This document shows, piece by piece, positions 45,540 to 58,176 of a DNA stretch of 64,000 nucleotides (position 1 is its first letter; each line of letters opens with the position of its first letter). The position numbers and the translations under genes are program-made. The notes under the pieces were generated by a model. The model worked only from the letters and a program-made list of their open reading frames with translations, was not told where the DNA came from and did no database searches. Source of the DNA: Squalus acanthias (taxonomy: Eukaryota). The stretch spans positions 88,166,001-88,230,000 of the forward strand of contig CM059432.1 in the NCBI GenBank assembly GCA_030390025.1, given 5' to 3'.

Positions 45540-46600
45540 TTTTATATATGTTCTTCTTGGAAGAGGAGGAAGAAGAAACATGCTTAGATTTCAGGGAACT
45601 GAGGCAATGTCAAAGGAGGGGGAACCTATCTGCTGATACCCTCCGCACAGGGTATTGGATACAAGAATTGGCTGGAGGATCGATGCCTTCAGGGGGTTTG
45701 GTTCACCAGCGAGGTAATGACAGAGCTATGCAACATTCTGCAGGAGGATCTCCAGCCCAACTCCAGTGACAGTCAAGGCTACAACAGCCTTGAACAATTT
45801 TTTGTCTCATGTGCTAACTTCACCAATGTCAGTCTGCGATGCATTGCTGCATAAAACAGGTGACTGATGCTTTGTTTGCCAGAAGAAACAACCATCACTT
45901 TCCTTATAGATAGCAGGGAGCAGTGGGCCCAAGCTATAGGTTTGCATTGAATTGGAAGATTCCCAAAAGTCCAGGGTTTCAATGAGGTCACCTGTATAAC
46001 GTTATGTGGTCCTGCAGACAGTAATCACAACATTCTGATGAAAGGTCTTCGACCTGAAATGTTAACTCTGTTTCTCTCTCCACGGATGCTGCCTGGCCTG
46101 CTGAGTTTTTCCAGCGTTTTCTGTTGTTATTTCGGATTTCCAGCATCTGCAGTATTTTGCTATTGTAGTAATCACAACGTGTTCATTTTATGTCAGTCCA
46201 CTCTGCCATTATTTGCTCAAGCCCAGCAAATTAAGGGTTGGATCCTGGGTGACCAAGGATGCCTGTGGCATTTCTGCACCCCAACCGAGCACAGATACAA
46301 TGAGGGAGTCTCTATCTGATGCATTATCAAGCACATCACAGGCATGGTATAAGCAGTGCTTCTAGTACTTTGGCAAGTCAGGAGGCGCCTACAGTATTGC
46401 TCCGCCAACGTTTCCTAAATCATTGTGGTATGTTTCATTCTCCATAACATGGTAATTAAAAGAGACATCCACATGGAGCTGCTACAGAAAGAGCTCTCTG
46501 AAGAGGAGCATGAGGACCAGGCCGTGAAGTCTGAGCAGGCAGCCACACAGCACATTCAGCAGCTGAAGGACCATTGATCAGATCTAATGACACTTTCTTC
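45540..46600 (+). pseudogene. Highly degraded Harbinger transposase (copy F)
   Basis: LCNILQEDLQP, HCCIKQVTDALFARR, FPKVQG, FILCQSTLP..GWILGDQG, EHRYNE, CFILHNM. Confidence 0.75.
46032..46166 (+). mobile_element. Penelope-like fragment with hammerhead-ribozyme core and 12-bp TSD
   Basis: AGTAATCACAAC at 46020-46031 and 46167-46178; CTGATGA-A-AGGTC-TTC-GACCT-GAAA at 46035-46059. Confidence 0.7.
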
Positions 46601-47189
46601 GAAAGGCTCCAAGAACCAAGAACATTTCTAGATTTTCCATCATTTTCTTTGTCTTCTGCAATTGATCAAAGTCCCAATATTTTCATTCCTACCCTACTTA
46701 TCTGCCAGCCATGCCAGACCACTTCACTGCACATTTGTTAACCCAGGCTCATAAATGAAACAACTGCGCAAATGCAATAACTACTGTGCCAAATAATTTA
46801 TTGAGCAAAATGACAAGTTTATCTGAACCTAGTGTCTATTACCTCAGTGCTTCCCATTTTATTAGTAGATGTGTGTTGTGCTCGACTACCTAATCTGGTG
46901 CTCTTTATCAGTGCAAGTACCAAGACTGGAACCTGTAAGAGGCTCCTGGGATCGAGGTAGTTGTCAAGCTTTGTCGGCATGACCTAGTATAGAGGCAGCC
47001 TGACCCTCTTCTGGTTCCTGAACTCTGTGGAAGGGTTAGACTGGTGCGGATGTGTTGCCACTGGGAGACACAACATTATCATCCATCACCAGGCCTAGCT
47101 TACCTTCACTCGGGACTGCACCTTGACATAGTCAGAAGGCTTGCTTGTTCCTATGACCCTGAGAGCTGTGCTGGTAGAGGGCCATACAC

Positions 47190-47305
47190 ATCTTCAGGAC
47201 ATCCCAAAGCACTTCATAACCAAAGAAATCTTGTTGAAGTGTAGTCACTGTTTTTACATAGGCAATTGCAGTAACCAATTTGTGCTCAGCAAGATACCAG
47301 AAACA
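47190..47305 (-). mobile_element. DeuSINE-type SINE 3' fragment
   Basis: Matches about 30135-30245 (ATCCCAAAGCACTT...GAAGTGTAGTCACTG). Confidence 0.55.
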
Positions 47306-47999
47306 GTAGGATATCTGAACACTTAATAGGGTTTCTCAGTCTTTTTTTCTATTTCTTTATTTTTGCTTTCTAAATGTTGTTTAGAGGTAGCATGGTTTGG
47401 ATGATTTTATGGAAGAGGTACCGCTACAATGGCATCCCCATGAATTGGGTGAAAGGGAAGTGAGCAGGCTCTTTTTCAGTAAGAAGCTCCAGGAAAAGTA
47501 CAGAGGTTCTGTATGCAATATGGCAGATAAAATTGTGACAGCTGAATAATAAATAAAAGTACCGCAAAAGAGTGATAGGCGTGAAGAAAAACATTGTAAG
47601 AATCACACTTCATGATAAAAGATTATCAACTGCTGCCTACAAGCCAATGGAAATCATATACTTTACAATAAGGGAAATATGAATGTTATTCAGAGCTCAT
47701 GGGTGCATTTGAGGGAGAAGAGACTAAAGAAAGAGATAGACATATCACTCCAAGAAAGATAATTTAAAAAATAATGTACACAAACGTGCAGAGGGAAAAG
47801 GCTGTTGTCAGACCATATTCTGGAAAATTCCTGTAAAATAGCCAGATAATGAAGATGTAAAAACAAAAAGCAATAAAACGCACCCTTCCATATGGGAGAT
47901 TTTTTTCTTCTCTGAAGAATATTCCTTATATCATGATAAAGTCTGACAGAAAACAATGGGGAGATTTCCCCTTGCACTATTGCACCATTACATCCACCT

Positions 48000-48400
48000 C
48001 CCTGGCCACTGTCTCTGGCTGAACCAGTGTGTTTACATCCTCGGCATCCTATTTAACTGTGAGATTTGAACCTCATATCCTCTTCATTTCAAAGACCGTC
48101 TACTTCCACCTTCATAACATCACCCATCTCCAGTCCTGCCTCAGCTTATCTGCTGCTGCTGAAACCCTCATCCGTGTTTTTGTTACCTCCAGATTGGACT
48201 AATCCAACGATCTCCTGGCCAGCCTCCCATCTTCGACCCTTCATAAACTTAAGCTCATTAAAAACTGTTGTCCCTCATCAAGTCCCTCCCACCCCTGGGC
48301 TCGCTGAGCTACATTGGCTCCTGATCCAGCAACGCATTGATTTTAAAATTCTCATCCTTATGTTTAAATTGCCTCCATGGCCTAGCCACTCCCTATCCCT
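48000..48400 (+). mobile_element. L2 LINE RT fragment
   Basis: LAELHWLLIQQRIDFKILILMFK motif. Confidence 0.7.
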
Positions 48401-49458
48401 GTCACCTCGGGTTAAAATCAAAACTTGCGGGATCAGTGTGAGACATTGGGGAGTCCCACGGGTGAATTTAACTGCCTGTCCGCTCGGTTTCCACTGAGCA
48501 GGGAAGGTTAAAATCACCTCTATGCTTTAAAAATGGCACAAAATCATGCATGAGACGTCCATTACAACCCCTTAACAGCCAACTCACTGTGTCAAGGACT
48601 CATCTACTTAACCTGCTCTCCAGCCTACTCCTACAATCTTCAGTGATTCTTGGCTTTTTGATGGCTATACTCTTAATTTATAAGCCCCCACCCCCCCAGC
48701 ACTATACTCCCATGCTACATAGGAGTTGCGCTATTGAACCGCCAATGGATATTTAAGTGAGCTGACCCTGCAGTCTATGCTGGGATGAGCGTTGGATTGC
48801 GTAAGCTGGCGCAAGTCCCAGCTCAGGAGTGCAATACAAGTGTAAATAGCCCCAAGGAATTTTGGGGCCTAATTTCCAACGTAACTTAGTAAATCAATGT
48901 GATTCTGTAAATAACCGAACCATATTACACTGTGTCTCAGCTTTACTTAGCTTGTCCATTCCTATACACATTAGCTGAAGACTCAGTTGCTGCAATAATA
49001 TAAACAGATGTCAATGTTGACAATACTTGAGCCAAGACAAATATTAGGGTCTAGGATATACTTTCCAGTGTCAATAAGCCAAATTGGTTAAGTTAGTTTG
49101 GTACCTTGAATAAAGAGTAAGTGAGAAATGTACACACATTCATAAGTGAAACAAAATCAATGTTTGTTTGGTAAATTAAATTAATTCAAACATTGCATAG
49201 TTGCATATCTTTTCTGCAATGTAATTCACTGTTTCCATATTCACCGAATTATATATTCTTTCAACCAAGGATTTGGGAATTCAACATCCAGATTGGAATC
49301 AGGGCTTTTCAAATCAACTTTCTGCCTGATTTCATATTTGCTTCAGACTTTTTTTTATTCCTGTATGTATTATGTAACTTATTAAAGTTTTTCAAATGCA
49401 TGCTGCAGACAATATTTGCTCTTGTTGGAAATAGGTAGCTTGTGCTTTAGGACTCAAT

Positions 49459-50217
49459 GGCCCGTATTTTCCGATCGCAGGCCTCCCGCAGGCAGAGGCC
49501 TGCGATCTGGAAAAATCTATGCCCTTACAGGAGGGCTCCCGGGACGCACACGCTTCCACTCCTGGGCCTCTCCAAACTCCAAGTGCGCAGGGCCCACGTA
49601 TCCCAGAGGCGCATGTAGTTCGCAGCGTCCCTGGGATACCGTGGGCCATGGGGAGCCAATCAAAGAAGGGAATCTTCCTTCATACACTTGACAGGAAGAC
49701 CTGTCAAATATATGCATGGAGATGACCCCAAAAGCATAGTAAAACTTTAAATAAGTTTTTTTTTTAAATCACACTTTTAAAATGACTTGAAATTACAATA
49801 AATTAAGTATTTTAAACAAAAATTTGTTTTTTGAAAAAAATAATTCAAGTTTTTTACGGGGCTAAAAATAAACTTACCTTTTTTAAAGTATTTTAAAATG
49901 ATAAATCTGTGAAAAAAACTGTTTTTTTTTACTTTTTTCAACTCTTATCCTGGTAAAAGCATGTCTTACGCCTGCTTTTACCAGGCGTAAGAATTCTAAG
50001 GGTTTTCTGCGGGCGGAGAGTCTCCAAAAAGCGGAACTATCCGCCCGCAGAGGCCCTTCTCCAGGGCAGCCGGAGGATCTGTCAAGAACATTCTTGACAG
50101 ATCGGAAATGCCGGTTTTCAGTGCATGCGCTGTGCATGCCTGAAACCGGCATTTCCGATGTCCCTACGGGTGTGTACACAGTGCGTACCCACCCGTAGGG
50201 ATCGGAATATCTGGGCC
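49459..50217. mobile_element. Harbinger-type MITE (about 760 bp)
   Basis: TIRs GGCCCGTATTTTCCGATC and GATCGGAATATCTGGGCC; TSD AAT; second copy at 60095-60854. Confidence 0.92.
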
Positions 50218-50424
50218 AATGTTGTAGTCCTAATGTAATACTTTCTTAATTGCAGCACTGTGGAAAAACAGAAATGCTCACAGGTAATTCTGGGTCGAGA
50301 GCATGGTGTTGTTGTTTAGTTGCTGACCTGGCCTGTGCCTTAAGGCCACTGCTCCAAAAAGGAAACTCCAGATAATTGTAGCTGCTTATAAACTACTGAG
50401 GTCAATTAGAGGGCAGTTGCAACT

Positions 50425-50505
50425 AAAGGCAAAAAAACTACAAATGCTGAAAAATCTGAAACCAAACCAGAAAATGCTGGAGATACTCAACAGGTCAGCC
50501 AGCAA
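50425..50505 (-). mobile_element. Penelope-like terminal fragment
   Basis: CAGAAAATGCTGGAGATACTCAACAGGTCAG is the reverse complement of part of 46085-46165. Confidence 0.5.
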
Positions 50506-50607
50506 CTTGGAGTTGTAACTACTTGTCAATTTCAGACTCCCAGTCAATGACTGGTTTTCTTGCTCTTTTAAAATGTTTTGCACCTGTTATAAAGTATGGC
50601 CTGTGGT

Positions 50608-51585
50608 GAACAGTGTCTGGTGTGTGATGTCTGGTGTGTGACACCTGGTTTGTGATGTCTGGTGTGCAGTGTCTGGTGTGTGACGTCTGGTGTGCAGTGT
50701 CTGGTGTGTGACGTCTGGTGTACAGTGTCTGGTGTGTGACGTCTGGTGTGCAGTGTCTGGTGTGTGACACCTGGTTTGTGACGTCTGGTGTGCAGTGTCT
50801 GGTGTGTGATGTCTGGTGTGTAGTGTCTGGTGTGTGACGTCTGGTCTGTGATGTCTGATGTGCAGTGTCTGGTGTGAGGCGGCTGGTGTGTGATGTCTGG
50901 TGTGAGACGTCTGGTCTGTGATGTCTGGTGTGCAGTGTCTGGTGTGTGACACCTGGTTTGTGATGTCTGGTGTGCAGTGTCTGGTGTGTGACACCTGGTT
51001 TGTGATGTCTGGTGTGCAGTGTCTGGTGTGTGACACCTGGTTTGTGATGTCTGGTGTGCAGTGTCTGGTGTGTGACACCTGGTTTGTGATGTCTGGTGTG
51101 TGATGTCTGGTGTGAGACGTCTGGTCTGTGATGTCTGGTGTGCAGTGCCTGGTGTGTGACACCTGGTTTGTGACATCTGGTGTGCAGTGTCTGGTGTGTG
51201 ACACCTGGTTTGTGATGTCTGGTGTGCAGTGTCTGGTGTGTGACGTCTGGTGTGCAGTGTCTGGTGTGTGACATCTGGTGTGCAGTGTCTGGTGTGAGAC
51301 GTCTGGTGTGTGATGTCTGGTGTGTGACGCCTGGTATGCGGTGTCTGGTGTGCAGTGTCTGGCGTGTGAAGTCTGGTGTGCAGTGTCTGGTGTGTGACAT
51401 CTGGTGTGCAGTGTCTGGTGTGAGACGTCTGGTGTGTGATGTCTGGTGTGTGACGCCTGGTATGCGATGTCTGGTGTGCAGTGTCTGGCGTGTGAAGTCT
51501 GGTGTGCAGTGTCTGGTGTTTGATGTCTGGTGCGTGACGTCTGGTGTGCGGTGCCTGGTGTGTGATGTCTGGTGTGTGACGTGTG
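50608..51585. repeat. 14-bp minisatellite (GTCTGGTGTGTGAY / GTCTGGTGTGCAGT) with higher-order blocks
   Basis: About 70 units; a 42-bp trimer is repeated at about 50922-51090. Confidence 0.95.
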
Positions 51586-51695
51586 CATGCTGCATGGAAA
51601 CTTTTATATATTTGAGATGATAAGTAATGCCAAAGAATGCTAATTGCTTATTCTGTTGTCCTAAATGCTGACCAGAAATGTTTTGTCCGCATTGT

Positions 51696-52205
51696 AATGC
51701 CATAGAGGGAGTGCAGCGAAGGTTCACCAGACTGATTCCTGGGATGGCAGGACTGTCATATGAGGAGAGATTGGGTCGACCAGGCCTGTATTCACTAGAG
51801 TTTAGAAGAATGAGAGGGGATCTCATTGAAACGTATAAAATTCTGACAGGGCTAGACAGACTGGATGCAGGGAGGATGTTTCCCCTGGCTGGGGGGTCTA
51901 GAACAAGGGGTCACAGTCTCAGGATACGGGGTAGGACATTTAGGACTGAGGTGAGGAGAAATTTCTTCACTCAGAGGGTGGTGAACCTGTGGAATTCTCT
52001 ACCACAGAAGGCTGTGGCGGCCAAGTCACTGAATATATTTAAGAAGGAGATAGATAGATTCTAGACACAAAAGGCATCAAGGGGTATGGGGAGAGAGCGG
52101 GAATATGGTATTGAGATAGAGGATCAGCCATCATCATATTGAATGGCGGAGCAGGCTCGAAGGGCTGAATGGCCTACTCCTGCTCCTATTTTTCTATGTT
52201 TCTAT
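51696..52205 (+). mobile_element. CR1 LINE 3' end
   Basis: AIEGVQRRFTRLIPG...NFFTQRVVNLWNSLP; TTCTATGT tail. Confidence 0.92.
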
Positions 52206-53235
52206 TAGAAATGCTGTATATTTAATCTAAGACAAGGAATAGATCAATATTTAGTAGCTGTTATACTATTGACACGCAAGCCCTCAGTATCTTCTTTGAG
52301 AGGTGGCTATTACTTGTGTGTGATTACTTTTAATGAGCTAGCTTGTTGGGATCGTAAGCCAATTAATTAATGCAGCCCACTTTAAATTCCCTGAAGTAAG
52401 AAATTATGACTGGATTCTCCTTGCGTTGGCGGATTAGCGGCAGCTGTCTAAAACCCCCCTCCTTGTCACTTATCTGGAAGCTGGCAGGCAGCAAGGGCCA
52501 CTGGATCTTCGCCTGTTGGTAACAGTTCTGTGATTCTCTTCACATCCGCCCAAACCTCCTGCTGCCTCTGTTGGGCGGGAGATTATCCTGCCGGAAACCC
52601 GCCCCAGTTAAAATCCACCCCACTGTACCTGCGCAATCATTGACATCATATTCATAATAAAGTTAAACCTGGGCATCATATTTTGTTTTATATTTTGGGA
52701 TAGAAAAATAATACAGAGAAACATAGATTGAAATGCCTGTTTAAATTCAGCCATAAGCTCTTTTGAATGAAACAAAATGCAATGATTGTTTCCAGAATTT
52801 AGGAAGCCTTTTTAAGGGATCAATTCAAATTGTTAAACTCTTAGAGAAAATGTGCTGGAAATTTTTTTTTTTTATATAGAGAGCATTGGAATATATTCAC
52901 TTAAAGTTACATGCTTAATAGTAATAATTTAAAAATAGAAGAATATAGAGTACAAGAAGGGGTTGGATGAATAAATAGAAAATAAAAATAGAAAGTTGTT
53001 TCTTGGTCCACACCAATTACACTAACCCCAGATAAGTCAACAACTTAAAAATGAATACTGTTTTATTCATATTGTTAATTGCACTACTTTTGTAGCCAAA
53101 GTTACACAGTCACATTTTATGATGACTTCAGCTATTTTTCTAAACTTCCACACTGTGGGAAATTAAAGTAATAAAAGGTGTAACAATTCCCTGGTAACTA
53201 TGCTCAGTGATGCAGTTAGTATTCTAAAAGAACTT

Positions 53236-54038
53236 GGGGTCGATATTAAGCCCCCCATGACTGGCGGGAGAGAGAGGCGAAATGCGACCCCAACTCGCCA
53301 TTTTGACTGCGGCAGGTTGCGATTCTTGCCTGTTTCCCGTCTTGGAGAGGCGGGTCACTTCATTATAATATTTAAACCAGGCTTCCACAGTACAGTTGGG
53401 AGCCTGACTTAAATTTAACGGCTGCGGGCCAGGTTTCCCAGGGCTTGGGAAAACTGGCAGCAAAATGGAGACGGAAGCAGCCGGCTGCAGAAGGTAAATG
53501 CTTTTGGGAGCACTGCTTGTGAGCCAGGAGGAGCAGGAGCGACCTGACCCCGGCCCCTCAAGCAAACCTTCTGCTGATCGTGGCCTCTCCTCGCTGCCAT
53601 GACCTGCTGAACCCCCCACTTCAACTCGCGATTTTTCCCTCCCTCCCGATTGCTGGTCCGACCCCTTCAACCTGTGACCTTTCCCAATTGCCAGGGATCG
53701 TCCCCAGTGGTCCTTGGCCTGCCTCCTTCTGCCGCTGGCTTTCCCGCCCAGCAGCACCAGCCTGTCAATCCCGGCCGGTTGCCGGACGGGAAACGGAATA
53801 AAAAAATTATAATGAAGTCTTGCTGGGATTTCTGGGTTACCCCCCACAACCGCGCTCCCTCCCTGTCTCCCCATAAATATGCATTTTGGGATGGGCTGCG
53901 GACCCACTGGATTTCCGTCCCTCTAGAGTTCCCTGAGAAATTGTCCTGCAGGGGGTGGGAGTGCTTATTCTGCTTGCCATCACCTCGCAGGGTGGGTGCC
54001 TCTCTTGCGTTGCCTACCCCGAATATTGAATTGATCCC
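53236..54038. mobile_element. MITE-like non-autonomous DNA transposon
   Basis: GGGGTCGATATT...AATTGATCCC imperfect termini; internal motifs shared with 33921 and 44640. Confidence 0.5.
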
Positions 54039-54236
54039 ATCTCTGGGATTTGGGAATGGGATCAGTGGCAGGGAAAAACAATGCCTTGAGTTCTTGCCTG
54101 CCACAAATCCGCCCTTTCAGAAGGTCTACAGAATTTCTAGCCTTATATTTTTAAACAGATTCGCGAAATCCACAGTAACATCTTAAATTCAGCTTAAACG
54201 TTTGTATGGAGTCTCATACATCAACTTTCAGAAATT

Positions 54237-54530
54237 CATGTTATATTTATTCTTGGTATGTGGGCAATGACGGCAAGGTCCCATTTATTGCTTATCCCTC
54301 GTTGCCCTGAAAGGTGGTGGTGGGCCTTCTCCTTGAATTGCTGCAGCCCCTGTAGTGATGATGCTCCCACAATGGTGCTAGCTAGGGAATTTGAGGATAT
54401 TGACCCGTGATGATGAAGGAACACCGGTATATGTCCAAATCAGGTTGGTGTCTGCTGGGGAGAAATGTGGAGGTGAAGGTGTTCCCACGACATTGCTGCT
54501 CTTACCATTCTTGGTGGGTAGAAGCTACAG
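54237..54530 (-). mobile_element. 3' end of the ALDIKAAF-family LINE
   Basis: Degraded reverse complement of about 21030-21318. Confidence 0.6.
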
Positions 54531-54577
54531 GGAATTTGAGGGGTTTTTGAAGTAAGCAACAGTGGAATAGTGGGATG

Positions 54578-54750
54578 AAAACAGAGAATGCTGGAAATAC
54601 TCAGCAGGTCAGGCAGCATCTGTGGAGAGAGAAACAGAGTTAACGTTTCAGGTCGATGACCCTTCGTCAGGACTGGAAAAAGTTAGAGATGTAACATTTT
54701 TAAGCAAGTGCAGGGGCAGAGAAAGGGGGGAGTGGAGGAAAGAACAAAAG
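54578..54750 (-). mobile_element. Penelope-like element fragment
   Basis: Same family as 46032-46166, extended on the upstream side. Confidence 0.65.
54638..54674 (-). ncRNA. Minimal type I hammerhead ribozyme motif
   Basis: AGTC-CTGACGA-AG-GGTC-ATC-GACC-T-GAAAC-GTT-AACT: complete core, stem II and palindromic ACGT stem III; stem I has one mismatch. Confidence 0.6.
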
Positions 54751-54799
54751 TGGAATAGTGGGGGCTGAATTGAACATTCCTATCATAAAGGATGATCTT

Positions 54800-55560
54800 G
54801 GAGTTCAATGCTTATGAAGTTCATATGGTGTCATGGGTGACCTTTAGAGGTCATTATCCAGCCTTAAGTCATTTTTCTTCTATGCTGCCTCTAGAATTTA
54901 CAATTCATCTTTGAATCTGAGCATTTTGCAGCTGTAGGTTTGGTCCTGGCTGCAGTGAGAGATGTGCCCACTCAACATCCAGTTCAAAGACTCTGGAAAT
55001 CCCCGAAGCCCAGACATATTGAGGGAGATTTTCCTTGGTCTGTGCCCGGAGGTACTGGATCGCTCATGCACAGTGAATGCCAAAAGTTGGCTGGGTTGGA
55101 ATGTATGCCTGTAAGGGAACACAACTGATTTTCCTTCATTTAAATGAATGAATGAAAATTGTGTGGGTTTTTTAACAGGCGTGTGCTCCCACCTGCCTGA
55201 TTTACCAATATTCACTGAGTCCAGGTGATCCAGTGCATCTGGCTGCAGACCCAGGAAAATCTCTCTTAGTGTCTTCCAGCTAGATTATGGAACTCTTTTC
55301 TTCTATCCACTCTGGCCTGCCTCTAAATGGAGATGATTCCTCCCAGATCAGTTTTTCAAATCATCCAGTTTCTTATGTGTTATTGTCACCTTCCTAGCAA
55401 ATCAGCCTCCTTCATGGTGGTCTCCAATTGGCTCTCCACACCAGACAGCCGCTCCTACAACTCTACAATGCTTGCTTTGTTCTTGGTGAGCTCCTGTCAA
55501 AGTGAAGCCATATCCCGTTTTGCCTCATCTGCTCTTTGATTTATGCAGGTTTTATTGTCC
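54800..55560 (-). pseudogene. Degraded L1/Tx1-type ORF1 relic
   Basis: KLDDLKN*SGRNHL (like LENRSRRNNL), LDVEWAHLSL (like IERAHRSL), and MLRFKDEL*ILEAA. Confidence 0.5.
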
Positions 55561-56125
55561 GATAGTTCCCTCCAGACCACTTCTAGACTGGTGAAGAGAC
55601 AGCGTCCAACGAGCCACTATTGCTGGGCAGGCGATGGAAACTTCGCAGGCTGTTCAAGCCTGGATTTTTCCCCTGTGTTTGCCCATTAGTTTGTTTGGGA
55701 TTCAGAAGAGGAGATTGGCAGTGGTTATTCCTGTTGTGCAATTAGGTCAAATTAAACTGTGGGGAAAACCACTTTTTTTATGACATCACATGGCTTTATT
55801 TTCCCATCACTTCTACGTTTCTGTCTTCTACCTTCCCTCCTTAATTTCTTTCTGCTTTTTCCCTTCTCCTTCCTCTCTTTTTTTTTAAACTTTTCTTCCT
55901 CTATGGTTCTCTTTCTCTTTTTGTTCACTTTTTTTTCTCCCTGTCTCCTTAATTTTGTTCTTCAAAGATTAGCTTGATTGGGAACAGTAAATGAGAATTG
56001 ATAAGCACATTGAGGATAATTTTCACTTTGTTGTCATGGAAATGAAAATCGGGAGATATGTATAATGGGCGGCTGAGTCGATATTGCTTGGTTTACACTA
56101 TTGCCCAAAATCAAAATCACCCCCA

Positions 56126-56796
56126 TTACCTCAGAGATACACCTAGGCAGAAAAGTACCATTTGCGTTTTGGGAAGTATTAGATATGAAACGTGATAGAA
56201 TTCAGGGATTAGGGACAATAAATAGAATGGATGAACCAACAAAATGGGAGAACTCATTGCTAATTGTTGACAAAAAGAATGGCAAATTGCAAATTTGCCT
56301 GAATCCCAGAAACTTAAACAGAACTATCCATAGGAAATATGTCAACTTCCAACTCATGAGGAAATTATGGTACAGTTTGCCCATGCAAAATATTTTCACA
56401 AATTAGATGCATCTTCCAGTTTTTAACAGTTGAAGTTCGATGAAGCAAGTTACAAGTTATGCATATTCCATATACCTTATGGGAGTTTCAGGTTTTTAGG
56501 CCTTCCGTTTGGGATTTCTTCCGCTACGTAAGTACATAACAAAACCATCCGCTTGATAAGTTACTTAATAATATCGTAAGGTACTGGAAGTTACTAGAAG
56601 AGTTAACCGGAAATGTAATAAAGGCAAATGTATCATTGGAGTCGCCTAACTGACAATTGATTGTGAGATCAACACTAACAAAGGTATTAATGTAACAAGA
56701 TAAAGGTCTCATATATTGAGTACTTGTATATCCACATTGCAAGAAATGCATGTAATGATTCCTAGGAATGGTCAATCACCTGTGTAAATTAATACC
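56126..56796 (+). mobile_element. Gypsy LTR-retrotransposon RT fragment
   Basis: RKVPFA...EPTKWENSLLIVDKKNGKLQICLNPRNLN, KLDASS.F, PYG.FRFLGLPFGISS, FLGMVNHL. Confidence 0.8.
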
Positions 56797-57332
56797 GGGG
56801 GGGGGGGGGGGGGGGGGGGGTGAAATTGGTCTTGAGAAGTTGCACAAAACGGACGATAATGAATCGGCAGTTCATTTTACACTTGGCCCGATTTTCTTTT
56901 CAATGTAATTCTGCTTCACCAAGGCCCACAAAAATAAAAGCTGAAAATTTCCAGCACCTTTTTTTGAGCGGCCTCCATCAGTCCCTTTAAGGATCACTGG
57001 TTTGCCCGCTCAGCGTCTGGTACAACTAGGCAGAGTATGTGGGATGCACGCTCTGTCTATTTATACCTGAATTTCACTTTCCAGGTCTTACAATCGGTGT
57101 AGGGCCCCAATTTGCATATTTATGGAGCCGAATGCCTGTTTTAGGTAGGTGCCTGTACAACTAACAGTCACTTGAGCTAATGTAGCATTCGGCACACTTC
57201 TGGTGGAGTTCGAACGTGGCAGATCATAGCGCAAAAGTCTAACACCAAATTTACACTGGAGAAACAGGCGTCCGTGGGTCGAAATTGGATTAAGCCTGAA
57301 ATGACGGCTGCCCAGGCGTTCATAGAGTCATA

Positions 57333-58176
57333 GGGCTGGATTTTGATACTGGGGACGTGATGGAGGCGGGACTCCCACTTTTTGGGTTGTAGTCCTGCCT
57401 CCATCGACTTGTGGCCAACCCACTGCATTTTCACTTGATTGACCTTGTTGAGCCCACCCAGCGAGCTCAGCAGGCCAATTAAGGGCCACCCGGCAACAGG
57501 TGACATCACAGATTGATATTTCATCTGTCAAGAGCTTTTGACAGATGAAATATCAGCGTTTGACAGCTCTGTGAAGCTGTCAAACACTGACAATCTGTCT
57601 TCTAACTTGAGTCCTTCCTCTCAGGCTGAGTTAGAAATCGTTCCAGCACAGAAAACAGAGACTGCAGTTTTTGACAGCACCACGGCCTTTCTGCTTTCTG
57701 TGCCGGTGAGATTTCTGACTCCCGAGAACTGAAGGGCTGACACCTGCAGGAGGAAGTTAAGGTAAGTAAAACTTTTTTCCACACTTTACACTTACCTTAC
57801 ACACTTACCTCTGCACACATGCACTCATCACTCACCTGCCCACTGGACATATTGACCCCTCCAACCCCTGCAGACCCACGGTCCGCCTCGCTAACTTGGC
57901 GTGGTTCGGACATGTCGGGAAGCCCACATTTCATGAATCAAAATAGGGATTAGGCAAAAAACTGCCTGTTAACTACCTGTTAACAGGCAGTTTATTGCCA
58001 CTAATACCCTTCCCGCCTCGGGGAGGCGGGTCCCAGCACAGGTCGGGCACCCGCCTCCAGCGAAACTGGCGTGGAGGCGGGTTGGGGGTGGGATGGGTTT
58101 GGGACCCCCGAATCTGCAACTTTAACCCCCCACACGCCTCCAAACCCGCCTCCATGGGTCAATGAAAATCCAGTCC
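57333..58176. mobile_element. Harbinger-type MITE inserted in a CR1 3' microsatellite tail
   Basis: TIRs GGGCTGGATTTT and AAAATCCAGTCC; TSD ATA at 57330-57332 and 58177-58179. Confidence 0.85.

Noticed and set aside
50519..51826. His/Thr-rich ORFs of 435, 333 and 202 aa
   Set aside because: Translations of the 14-bp minisatellite, partly fused to antisense CR1
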